Below, piece by piece: positions 13,063 through 25,500 of a DNA stretch of 64,000 bases. This DNA comes from the human T2T-CHM13v2.0 reference genome, Homo sapiens. Made by a program: the position numbers and the translations under genes. The stretch is from NCBI RefSeq assembly GCF_009914755.1, contig NC_060945.1, one strand, 5' to 3'. The notes below the pieces were generated by a model. It was not told the origin of the DNA. It made no database searches and saw nothing but the letters and a program-made list of their open reading frames with translations. Numbering within the stretch: the first letter of the stretch is position 1; every line of letters begins with the position of its first letter.

Positions 13063-13407
13063 TGTGTTAGTCCATTTTTACACTGCTACAAAGAAATATC
13101 TGAGACTAAGTAATTTATTAAAAAAAGAAGTTTAATTGACTCACAGTTCCACATGGCTGGGGAGGCCTCAGGAAACTTGCAATCATGTCAGAAGGGGAAG
13201 TAAACACATTTTTCTTCACAAGGCAGCAGGAGAGAGAAGAGTGAGTAGGAAAGGGGGAAATCCCCCTTATAAAACCATCAGATCTCATGAGAACCCACTC
13301 ACCATGATCTACTCACTTCCCATCCAGTTTCTCCCTAGACACGTGAGGATTATGGGGATTACAATTCAAGATGAGATCTGGTGGGAACACAAAGCCTAAC
13401 TATATCA
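13063..13407 (-). mobile_element. THE1D-like solo LTR in L1 ORF1
   Basis: tgtgttagtccat...aaagcctaactatatca, with 5-bp TSD ggaga/gggga. Confidence 0.9.
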
Positions 13408-14167
13408 GGGGACAAAAGAAAAAAGAATACAAAACATAAAGCATGCCTACAGGATCTAGAAAATAGCAACAAAGAGGCAAATCTAAGAGTTGTTGGCATT
13501 AAAGGAGGAGGCAGACAAAGATAATAGGAATAGAAAGTGTATTCAAAGGAATAAAAATGGAGAACTTGCCAAACGTAGAGAAAGATATCAATATCAAAGT
13601 ACAGGATGATTATAGAACACCAAGCAGACTTAATCCAAAGAGGATTCCCTGAAGGCATTTAATAATCAGAATACAAGAGGTCAAAGATAAAGAAAGAATT
13701 CTAAAAGCAGCAAGAGAAAAGAAACAAATAAGATACAATAGAGCTTCAATACATCCCGAAGCCAACTTTTTAGTGGAAACCTTACAGTCCAGAAGAGACT
13801 GGCATGATATATTGGAAGTGCCGAGGGGAAAACACAAACACATAAACAAACAAACAAAAAAAACCTTTACCCTGTAGTCCTATTAGAATAATATTATATG
13901 TTGAAAATATCCTTCAACATGAAGGTTTATCATATTGCCTACAAATGTCACTTAGAGAATGAAGAATCATTTTAATATTGAAATAAAACATAATAAACAT
14001 TTAAAAAAGACTTTCTGGGACAAATAAAAGCTGAAGGATTTCATCAATATCAGACCTTTTTCTACAGGAAATGCTAAAGGGAGTGATTCAATCAGGAAGA
14101 AGAGGATATTAATGAGCAATGTATAGTCACCAGAAGGTACAAAACTCACTGGTAATAGTAAATACAC

Positions 14168-15831
14168 AGAAATCATAGATGACACAAACCAATTAAACAC
14201 ATCTCATGCTCATGGATGGGTAGAATTAAGAGTGTGAAAATGACCATACTGTCAAAATAAATCTATAAATTCAATGCAATTCCCATCAAAATACCACCAA
14301 CATCCTTCACAGAACTAGGAAAAACAATCCTAAAATTCATATAGAACAAAAAAAGAGCCCACATAGCCAAAGCAAGACTGAGCAAAAAGAATAAATCTGG
14401 AGGCATCACATTACCTAATTTCAAACTAGACTATAAGGCGATAGCCACCAAAACAGCATGGCACTGGTATAAAAATAGGCACATAGAACAATGGAACAAA
14501 ATAGAGAACCCAGAAATAAACCCAAATACTTAACAGCCAACTGATCTTTGGCAGACCAAACAAAAATATAAAATGGGAAAAGGATACCCTTTACAACAAA
14601 TGATGCTGGAATAATTGGCTAGCCACATGTAGTTGAATGAAACTGGATCCTCATCTCTCACCTTATACAACAATCAACTCAAGATTGATTAAGGACTTAA
14701 ATCTAAGACCTGAAACCATAAAAATTATAGAAGACAACATTGAAAGACTCTTCTAGGTATTGTCTTAGGCAAGGATTTCATGACCAAAAACCCAAAGGCA
14801 AATGCAATAAAAACAAAGATAAATAGCTGGTATTTAAATAAACTAATGAGCTTTTGCACAGCAAAAGGAACAGTCAGCAGAGTAAACAGACAACCCGCAG
14901 AGTGGGAGAAAACTTCACAATCTATACATCTGACAAAAGACTAATACCCAGAATCTACAATGAACTCAAATAAATCAGCAAGAAAAAAACAAAATAGTCC
15001 ATCAAAAAGTGGGCTAAGGACATGAATAGACGATTCTCAAAAGAAGATATACAAATAGCCAACAAACATATGAAGAAATGCTCAACATCACCAATGATCA
15101 GGGAAATGCAAATCAAAACCACAATGCGATACTACCTTACACCTGCAAGAATGGCCATAATCGAAAAATCAACAAACAGTAGATGTTGGCGTGAATGCGG
15201 TGATCAGGGAACACTGCTGGTGGAAATGTAAACTAGCACAGCCACTATGGAAAACAGCGTGAAGACTCCTTAAAGAGCTAAAAGTAAAATTATCATTTGA
15301 TCCAGCAATCCCACCACCGGGTATGTACCCAGAGGGAAGGAAGTCATTATATGAAAAAGATGCTTTCACACGCATGTTTATAGCAGCACAATTCACAATT
15401 TAAAAATTGTGGAGCCAACCCAAATGTCCATCAATCAATCAGTGAATAAAGAAACTGTGATATATATATGACAGAATACTACTCTGCCATAAAAATGAAT
15501 GAATTAATGGCATCTGCAGCAACCTGGATAAGATTGGAGACTATTATTCCAAGTAAAGTAACTCAGGAGTGGAAAACCAAACATCGTATGTTCTTACTGA
15601 TATGTAGGAGCTAAGCTATGAGGATGCAAAGGCATAAGAATGATATAATGGGCTTTGGTGACTTTGAGGGAAGAGTGGGAGAGGAGTAAAGGATAAAAGA
15701 CTACAAATAGGGTGCAGTGTATACTGCTCAGGTGATGGGTGCACCAAAACCTCACAAATCACCACTAAAGAACTTACTCATGTAACCAAACACCACCTGT
15801 ATCTTAATAACCTATCAAAATATAAAAAAAA
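14168..15831 (+). mobile_element. L1PB1-like 5'-truncated LINE nested in L1MA
   Basis: ORF2 C-terminal remnants ([21 protein letters not shown]). L1PB 3'UTR gagctaagctatgaggatgcaaaggcataagaatgat...aaccaaacaccacctgta, then an A tail. Confidence 0.9.
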
Positions 15832-17796
15832 TTCAGATTTATCACATTGCCTACAAATGTCATTTAGAAAATGGAGAAACATTTTAATATTAAAATAAAA
15901 CATAACAATTAAAACAAAGACTTCCTCGGACAAATAAAAGCTGAAGGATTTCATCAATACCAGGCCTTTCCTACAAAAAAAATGCTAAAGAGAGTAATTG
16001 AAACAGAAAGAAAATGACATTAGTGAGCAATATATAATCACCAGAAGGTATAAAACTCACTGGTAATGGTCAGTACAGAGAAACGCACAGAATAATATAA
16101 CACTGTAACTATGGTGTGTAAACTACTTTTATCCTAAGTAAAAAGACTACAAAATGAACTAAACAAAAATAATTAACAACTACAACTTTTCAAGACTGAC
16201 TATGTCTTTATGTCTTTTTGTACTGACTATAGTACAAAAAGATATAAAGAAAAAATGAAAAGCTAAAAAGCAGGCAGATGAAGTTAAGCACAGAGTTTTT
16301 ATTAGTTTTCCACAAGAAAACTGTAGGTGCATATAAACAAATTCAATGAAGTTGCAGGATAAAAACTCAGCATACAAAATTCAGTAGTATTTCTATATAC
16401 TAACAATGAACAATGTGAAAAGGAAGTAAAAATAATCCTATTTACAATAGCCACATATAAAGATAAATAGTTGGGAATGAACTTAACCAAAGAAGTGAAA
16501 GATCTCTATGATGAAAACTATAAAACCGTGATGAAAGAAATAGAAGACACCCACCCCCCCCAAAAAAAGGAAAAAGATTCCATGTTCATTGATTGGAAGA
16601 ATTATTAATAATACTGTTAAAATATTTATACTAAATAAAGTAATCTAGATTCAATGCAGTTCCTATCAAAATTCCAATGACATTCTTCAAAAATAAAATA
16701 AGAATCCTAAAGTGCATATGGAACCACAAAAGATCCAGAATAGCCAAAGCTTTCCGAAGCAAAAAGAACAAAACTGGAGGAATCACATTACCTAACTTCA
16801 AATTATACTATGGAACTATAGTAATTAAAAGAGCATGTATTGGCATAAAAACGGACACATAAAGGAAAGAGAATAGATAACCCAGAAAGAAACCTACACA
16901 CCTACAGTTAACTCATTTTTGACAAAGCTGCCAAGAACATACACTGGGAAAAAGATCAATAGATGGTGCTGGGAAAACTGGACATCCATATGCAGAAGAA
17001 GGAAACTAAACCCCTATCTCTCACCATATACAAAAATCAAATCAAGATGGGTGAAGACCTAAATCTCTGACCTAAACCTATGAAGCTACTACAGGAAAAT
17101 ATTAGGGATTATCTCCAGGATATTGGTCTGGACAAAAATGTTTTGAGCAATACCCCACAAGCACAGGCAACTAAAGAAAAATTTGACAAAGGGATCACAT
17201 AAGTTAAAAAGCTTCTGCATAGCAAAGGATACAACCAAGACAGTGAGGAGACAAGTCCCAGAATGGAAGAAAATATTTGCAAACTACCCATCTGACAAAG
17301 GATTAATAACCAGAATACTTCAGGATCTCAAACAAGGCTATAGAAAACATCAAATAATCCAATAAAAAATGGAGAAACAGTCTGAATAGACATTTCTCAA
17401 AAGAAGACATAGAAATGGCAAATGGGCTTAGGAAAAAGTGCTCAACATCACTGATCATCAGAAAAATGCAAATCAAAACTACTATGAGATATTATCCCAC
17501 CCTAGTTAAAAGGAATTATATCCAAAAGACAGTCAATAACACATCCTGCTGAGGATATGAAGGGAACCCCTGTACACTATTGATGGGAATATAAATTAGT
17601 ATGACCACTATGGAAAACAGTTTGGAGGTTCTTCAAAAAACTAAAAATAGAACTACCATATAATCTAGCACCCCCAAACTGCTGGGTATATACCCAAGAG
17701 AAAGGAAATCAGTATATCAAAGAGATGTCTGCACTCCCATGTTTGTTGCAGCACTATTTATAATAATAACTAAGATTTTAAATCAACCTTTGTGTC

Positions 17797-18151
17797 TGAT
17801 ATGGTTTGGCTGTGTCCCCTCCCAAATCTCATATTGAACTGTAACTCTCATAATTCCCACCTGTTGTGGGAGAGACCTGGTGGGAGATAATTGAATCATG
17901 GGGGCGCTTTCCCCCGTATACTGTTCTTATGGTAGTGAATAAGTCTCATGAGATCTGATGATTTTATAATAGGTTTCTCCTTTTGCTTGGCTCTCATTTC
18001 TCTCATGTCTGCTGCCATGTAAGACATGCCTTTCATCTTCCACCATAATTGTGAGGCCTCCCCAGCTACATGGCACTGTGGGTCCACTAAACCTCTTTTT
18101 CTTTATAAATTACCCAGTCTCTGGTATGTCTTTATCAGCAGCATGAAAAGA
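17797..18151 (+). mobile_element. THE1B/C-like solo LTR
   Basis: Starts tgatatggtttggctgtgtcccc. Perfect 5-bp TSD GTGTC at 17792-17796 and 18152-18156. The last ~10 bp of the LTR are missing. Confidence 0.92.
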
Positions 18152-19664
18152 GTGTCTATCAACAGATACATGGATATGGAAAATGTGGTACATATACACA
18201 ATGGAGTACTACTCAGTCATAAAAAAGAATGTGATCCATTCATTTGCAACAACATGAATAGAACTGGAGATCACCATGTCAAGTGAAATAAACCAGGCAC
18301 AGAAAGAAAAACATCATGTGTTATCACTTATTTGTGGGATCTAAAAATCCAAACAATTGAACTCATGGACATAGAGAGTAGAAAGATGATTACCAGAGGC
18401 TCAAAATGGAAGGAGGGGGCAGGGAGGCAGTGGGGATGGTTAATGAGTACACAAATTAGTTAGAGAGAATGAATAAGACCTACTATTTGATAGCACAACA
18501 GGGTGACTATATTCAATAATAACAATTGTACATATTAAGATAACAAAGAGTGCAATTGGATTGTTTATAACTAAAAGTATAAATGCTTAAAGGGATAGAT
18601 ACCCCATTCTTCATTATGTGCTTATTTCATGTTCTGTTATCAGAATATCTCATGTACTCCATAATTATATACACCTACTATGTATGCACAAAAATTAAGA
18701 ATAAAAAATAAAATAAAATATTTTATTAACATCTCATTATAAAATAATTTGAATGTTATTTATAAAAAGATAATGAGATATATTATAAAAACAATTCTTA
18801 AATGAAAAAACATTATTATATAACAGTATCAAAAAGCATTATTACAACAAAGGCATTATTACAATAACAATAAAATTGTCTAATATTAAACCAGAAGTGA
18901 ACAAGTGGTTTAAGTATTCTGCATTCATTGGTAATCAACAGACACCTCATGTGATGCTCATTATTAGAGGACTGACTTCTTATATGCCTCCAATATTCAT
19001 AGGTACCAAACCTACAATAATCATATAGAAGAGATACACTTGGAAAGTTATGTTATAAGGTAGAAAAATATCGAAAAGGAAAGTTTTGCCTCTTAATATT
19101 TTGCTGGTTAGAAAAACAAGAATCTCAGATGCAAGACTTATTTAATGAAGCTAATACATCTTTGCTGTGTATGGTATTATACAGAATGACAATAAAGTAA
19201 AATCTTCATTAGAAGATTATATGTATTTCTGTTTTGATTAAATCAATAATCCTTTAAAATATTTAAAATTACTTTCACTCAGTGTTATTATTTCCTATAG
19301 AATGTAATGAAAGCAATATTTTGTAAACTGTACTCATTAAAATCCTGTCTCTAATGTTCATTGCGTGAACTCACCATGTAGGTAAAGATAAACTCTAATG
19401 AGGTCCTTTGATGATTTCTGTAGCTAATCCCCTCTGGTACCACAGGATAAATTGGCCTTATGCAGAAATATTCTCTATATTATACTGTGGGTTTCACCAC
19501 ACACAGAAATCACATCAAATCAGAATAAAACATAAATGATTTACACCTCTAATAGTCTTTTACCTAATACAGGTCAACCTACATAGTTTTTTTTCAGATG
19601 TATCCTGAAACATGAATAAAAACTCATAGTGAATTAACACAGTCAAGTATGTACGTATTTCCCT

Positions 19665-20620
19665 AGTTTATTAAACACATTTTGAGGTCCTATTATGAAC
19701 TATGCAATAGTTGGGGTGCTGTGAACACACCAAAAACCAAAACAAAAACGTACGTCCCCTTTCTCATAACGTTTGTAGGTTTGAGAGGGAAGCAGACAAT
19801 TAAAAGACATTAACAATAAATATGCAATTATGAGATGTACAAATACTAAAAGGAAAAATCCAGATGGTTAAAATGTGGGAGGGGTAGAGGTAACATTTGT
19901 GAAAATATTTCTGATTAAAACAAGGAAGCAGGCATACAGATATCTGGTTTACCAGAAAAAAAAAAAAATGTGTTTTCCACACTCAAGTGTCTACAGGTCT
20001 CCTGGAGTTCAGCTGATCTAGTGTGAACTTGACTGGGCTCTTCTACTTCTGGATGAGGGCCAGATGCATTTGTTATTTGTCTATAAAACGAGTCAAGAGC
20101 TGCTCCATTTGTCCCTCTTTAGTTCTGCAGCTGAGGTGTGTTCTTTTTAGGGATAATAGTAGATGGAAAACCAGACCAAAAAAAAGCATATTTTGTGTCT
20201 CTATTTATGCCAAAAAGACTCATATTTCATTGCCAAAGCAAATTACGTAGCCAAGTCTAATATTAATATGGGAGACAAGTATTTTTAATCTACAATGGCA
20301 GAGCACACAGAGCTATGTTGCAAAGAGTATGGGCTTACTGTCCAAACAGAAAGAAATATTAGAATCAGCCATTCAGTATCCTGGTACAGAAGGTGGCTGG
20401 TCTTCTGTTCAGAGTAAAGACTATTTTTTTTTTGAGTGAGATGTGAAGCTATTGCAGAATTTTGGGCAAAGAGGGACATCATTTGATTTGAATGTTGAAA
20501 AAAATTACTTCAGTCTTTTTTTGCAAATATATTGTCATGCAGTAGGTGAAAAACTGGGATGCTTATATTAACCCAAGTGATAAGCAGACATATATAGGAC
20601 CAGGGAAGTAATAATACATA
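19665..20620 (-). mobile_element. L2 fragments with a probable old MLT1-type LTR piece inside (~19980-20340)
   Basis: Antisense L2 3' end, aaacacattttgaggtcctattatg...gtcccctttctcat...agacaattaaa, and tgagatgtgaagctattgcagaattttgggc. Confidence 0.55.
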
Positions 20621-20639
20621 TGCTTAAAGGTGAACTGAA

Positions 20640-22335
20640 AATGTATTTCTCTACTCTACTACATAGTCATCATACTATGGCGGCATAGACTTATGTAACC
20701 ACGATAGACGTTCCCAGTTTAAAATGAGAAAATCAGGAGGCACACCACAGTCATTGGTCAATAGTTATTTGAAAATTCATCGGGTTATTTATTAGATTAA
20801 GACTCAGTTATCCTCTGGGGCTTTTGAATCTGCCTACTAGATTTCTTGTTTCACCATCTAAATCATCCTTTTCTTTTCATCGGGGGTAGTATATATATAT
20901 TTCTCTGAGAAGATTTTTAGCCTTCTTTGTTTTGCTTGTAGAAGGTTGAAGGACAAAAATCTTTCTTTTTAACTATCCTTTTAAGTATAAGTTTATGAAC
21001 TCCGTTAAACAAAACTTTTAAAGCTTTGGAATATGTGTCAATTTATAAATTATTCCATAGACAAGAGTCACACCCACAATCTATTTGGTCTCCCTATGGT
21101 ACTGCTGTAGGGCAGTCCTTAAGATTCTTAGAAAACCATTTGTTTAATAGAGAAGACCTTTGAGGAATAACCTCATGCTCTCTGGAAGAATTTTTGTCTG
21201 TCTGAAAGGTTACATAAGACCTCATCTTAGATCTTTTCTAAGGTCTTGACATAAGATCTTGCAGTTCTACCTTGGATTGAATCTTTTCCTGGAAGCTATT
21301 TCTTAAATGAATGGTTTGCCATCTGGAGAGGTTGGCAAAAGATGCAGTTTTAATTTAAAACTTTGCAATCCTTGACTACTTAAATATTTAACCATCAATT
21401 CTTTAGCTCCTATCTCTTCTCTTTTATTTGATTTAAATGCAGAGAGAAAAGGCCAGGTGGCATCTTCAAAAATTTTGCCTGGAGATTTCCTTCACTAGAT
21501 CATTGAGTTCACTGAGGTGTTTACTTTTTTGCAAATTAACTCAGGCGAGAGTATTGTCAAATTTAGTGGTACTGTATGATGTGTCACCTCTCTTCTAGTT
21601 CCCACTGTCATTTCCCTTAATCTCCTTTAAGCTTTCACTGACAGATTTCTCCAGGCCTTGCAGGCTTCATTAAGACTATTCCTAGCTCCCTTTAGGCTGT
21701 CATTAACAGAAACCTTAAGGCTCAAAGAAATGTTGTATATTTTAGGTTTGGGTTATGGCAGATCCTACAAGCGGTTCCATTATCAGCTCCAATTATTTAC
21801 AAACGCATATTCAACTACTCCAAATGTTCAGTTTAAAACAATCATTTTATTATGCTTACAGGTACTCTGGGGCAGGAATTCAGAAGATAAGCAAAAAGAA
21901 TTTTCATCTGCTCATGAGAGCAGAAGCTTCACTGGAGAGGCTTCAATTTCTGTGCAAAGGAATCAAGTGGTGTCAAGTGGTGGCATGCTCACTCACACAT
22001 CTGTTGGCAGATGCTGGCAGAAGGCAAGATTTCTATTGGCTTTGTCCTCCAGAGCAGTACTTCACATATCCTGTCCTTCCTCGGAGCATAGAAACCTTGG
22101 ACTTCTTACATTAATATTCATGGCTTCAAAGATCTCAACTCTTCCTTAAATGAACGAGCCTCAGATGTCATATCACGTGATATCTGCCAAAATTAAAAGT
22201 CTACCACCCAGCTCCAAATGAAGAAATGCAGACACTCATATTTTAGTTAGAATAACTTCAAAGTTACATTGTAAGAATAGCATGTGGGTTGGAGATATTA
22301 TTTGTAGTCATCTATGGAGCATACAATCCGCTACT
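20640..22335 (-). mobile_element. MLT1-type MaLR internal region plus LTR (LTR ~21780-22335, MLT1G/H-like)
   Basis: LTR end aagttacattgtaagaatagcatgtgggttggagatatt...catctatggagcatacaatccgc. Internal/LTR junction near ggttatggcag. Confidence 0.6.
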
Positions 22336-22530
22336 TCTATGCAGCTCAAACCTATGATTTCCTATAAAGCCTACATCATCCAAGCAAAAGGGCAGCAGAA
22401 ATTATTGTCCACTAAATATCTGTTTTAGTGAGAATGTTTTCCTTTTTTCGAAGTGTTAATTTTGTTGTTAACTGTAATTGATTTGATGTTACAAAAGTAT
22501 AAAGCGTATTCCACATAGAATAACAAACAC

Positions 22531-25500
22531 GAGAGGGGAAAATGGCAGAGAGGAGGCAGAACTAACTTGCAGCTCACAAATGGAAAGACAGAGCAGCATG
22601 TGGAGACCCACCTCATGAACTTTTGCTCCAAGAACTACCGCAGGAACATACCAGGAAAGCCGAGAGAATGCACAGACCCTTGAAGGAGGTGGATTACCGC
22701 TGCAGGGTCCATGGAACAGCTGAGGAACTGTGAGTCGGCTTGCTTTCTCAGCTGGGAGGCTTGAAGCCTGGGGCAATTTCTCAGCCCTGCTCACCAGCTG
22801 CTTGGAAATAAACTTGGTGCTGTTAGGGGGATATGGTGTGGGAGTAAGGCTGGCCTTTTGGGCTGCAAGCTCTTTTAGGAGCTGGTGAGGCCTGCGGCAG
22901 CTGGCGTTCCCCCACTTCCCTGGAAACCCGGGTGATGCAGCAGAGGCAGTCGCAATCCCCCAGGGAACATAACTCCATTGGCCTGAAAAACCACACCCCC
23001 CATCCCGCAAGGCAGCCACAGCAAGCCCCACCCACGGGCAGTCTGAGCTCAGACATGCCTAACCCTGCCCCCACCTGATGGTCTTTCTCTACCCACCCTG
23101 GTAGCTGAAGAAAAGGGACATAATCCCTCTATGGCCCTGCCCACTTCATGAGAAACCTGAATACTTATCCAAACGTGACCCTAGGACAAGCTCGTACCCT
23201 CCCTACTTAAGTACAGCTGATACACTCTTGAAAGCGCCACCTCCTGGCTGGAGGCCAACCAACATAAAACCAGCGCACTCAACAAAAATACAACCAAGAA
23301 CCCTCACAGAGTCCACTTCACTCCTCTGCTGCCTCCACCAGAGCAGGTGCTGGTATCCACGGCTGAAAGACCTGAAGATGGATCACATCACAGGACTGTT
23401 TGTAGACACTTTCCAGTATCATCCTGGAGCCTGATAGCCCCTGCTGGATGGCTAGATCCAAAATACAAATAACGATCACTGAAGTCTGGCTCTCAGGAAG
23501 CCCCATCCATAGGGGAAATGGGAGAGCACCACATCAAGGGAGCACCCCATGGGACAAAATAATCGAACAGCAGCTCTCGAGTCCCAGAATTTCCTTCTGG
23601 CATAGTCTACCCAAATGAGAAGGAACAGAAAAACAATTCTGGCAATCTGACAAAACAAGGTTCTTTAACACCCCTAAAAGATCCCACTAGCTCACCATCA
23701 ATAGATCCAAACCAAGATGAAATCTCTGAATTGTCAGAAAAAGAATTCAGAAGGTGGACTATTATGCCAATCACAGAGTCACCATGCTATATACAAAATC
23801 CTTGGCTGATAATTATTTTGTTTAAGGAGGCTAAAGTTAGGGCCCCAATCCCTCCTAGCTTGTAGGGCTTCTGCTGTTAGTCTGATAGGTTTTCCTTTAT
23901 AGGTTACCTGATGCTTTTGCCTCAAAGCTCTTAAGATTATTTTCTTCGGCTTGACTTTGGATAACCCGACGATTATGTGCCTAGGTGATGATCTTTTTAT
24001 GGTGAATTTACCAGATGTTCTTTGACCCTCTTGTTTTGAATGTTTAAGTCTCTAGCCAGGCCAGGAACATTTTCCTCAATCATACCATCAAATATGCTTT
24101 CCGAACTTTCGGATTTCTCTCTTTCCTCAGGAACACCAATTGTTTTTAGGTTTTGTCGTTTAACATAATCCCAAACTTCTTGGAGGCATTGTCTATTTTT
24201 TAAAATTCTTTTTTCTTTGTCTTCATTGGATTGGGTTAATTCCAAAGCCTTGTCTTTGAGCTTTGAAGTTCTTTCTTCTACTTGTTCTCTTCTATTGCTG
24301 AGACTTTCCAGTGCATTTTGCAATTCTCTGTGTCCTTTATTTTCAGAAGTTATGCTTGTTTTTTATTTATGCTATCTACTGGAGATTTTTCCATTAATAT
24401 CCTGCTCCTGAATGATCATTGGCTCAACAATGAAATCAAGATGGAAATTAAATAATTCATTGAACTGAATGATGATATTGACACAACCTATCAAAACCTC
24501 TGGGATTCGCCAGTGGTGGTGCTAAGAAGAAAGTTCATAGCCTTAAATGCCTATATCAAATAGTCTGAAAAAGCACAAATAGAAAATCTAAGGTCACACC
24601 TCAAGGAACTACAGAAACAAGAACAAACCAAACCCAAACCCAGCAGAAGAAAAGAAATAACAACGATCAGAACAGAACTAAAGGAAATTGAAACAAAGAA
24701 AAAATACAAAAAATAAATGAAACAAAAAACTGGTTATTTGAAAAGATAAATAAAATTGATAGACCATTAGTGAGATAAACCCAGAAAAGAAGATAAAAGA
24801 TCCAAATAAGCTCAATTAGAAAAAAAATGGGAGATATTACAACCTATACCACAGAAATACAAAAGATCATTCATGGCTACTATGAACACCCCAACATGCA
24901 TAAACTAGAAAACTTAGAGCAGATGGATAAATTCCTGGAAATATACAACACTCCTAGATTGAATCAGGAAGAAACAGAAACTCTGAACAGACCAATAACA
25001 AGTAGTGAGATTTAAACTGTAATTAAAGTTACCAACAACAACAACAACAACAAAACCCCAGGAGCAGAATGATTCACAGCTGAATTCTATCAGATATTCA
25101 AAAAACACTTGGTGCCAATGCTATTGACACTATTCCAAAAGATATAGAAAGAAGGAATCCTCCCTAAATCATCCTATGAAGACAGTACCAGTTTAACACC
25201 AAAACGAGGAAAGGACTTCACAAATAAAGAAAAGTATAGAACAATATTCCTGATGAACAGGGATGCAAAAATCCTCAATAAAATGCTAGCTATCCAAATC
25301 TAACAGCATATCAAAAAGATAATCCACCATGATCAATTAGGTTTCAAACCTACTTGATTCAGGGATAGTTTGACATCTGCAAGTCAATAATTATGAAACA
25401 CCACTCAATGAGAATTTTAAAAAAATACCTCACATGATTATTTCATTTGAAAATGCATTTCTCAAAATCCAGCATCCGTTTATGGTTAAAACCTTCAGCA

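Larger units (their letters stand above)
10475..18715 (+). mobile_element. Near full-length decayed L1MA2-like LINE (L1M1 5'UTR, ORF1, partial ORF2, 3'UTR) with nested insertions
   Basis: 5' start ggagcaagatggcagaata. ORF1 remnants at about 12730-14140, ORF2 from about 16310, and L1MA 3'UTR gacctactatttgatagcacaacagggtgactata. Large internal deletion at about 16310. Confidence 0.88.

Noticed and set aside
10461-18730. TSD for the long L1MA
   Set aside because: Flanks aaaattatattccc and aaaatattttatt are only loosely similar AT-rich text.
21658-22149. 163-aa ORF
   Set aside because: TTG start, lies antisense across an MLT1 internal/LTR junction, and has no domain signature.
22489-23031. 180-aa antisense ORF in the L1PB 5'UTR (ORF0-like?)
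   Set aside because: Non-ATG start in a GC-rich, stop-poor UTR. The L1PBa 5'UTR differs from the L1PA 5'UTR that encodes ORF0, and there is no recognisable protein motif.
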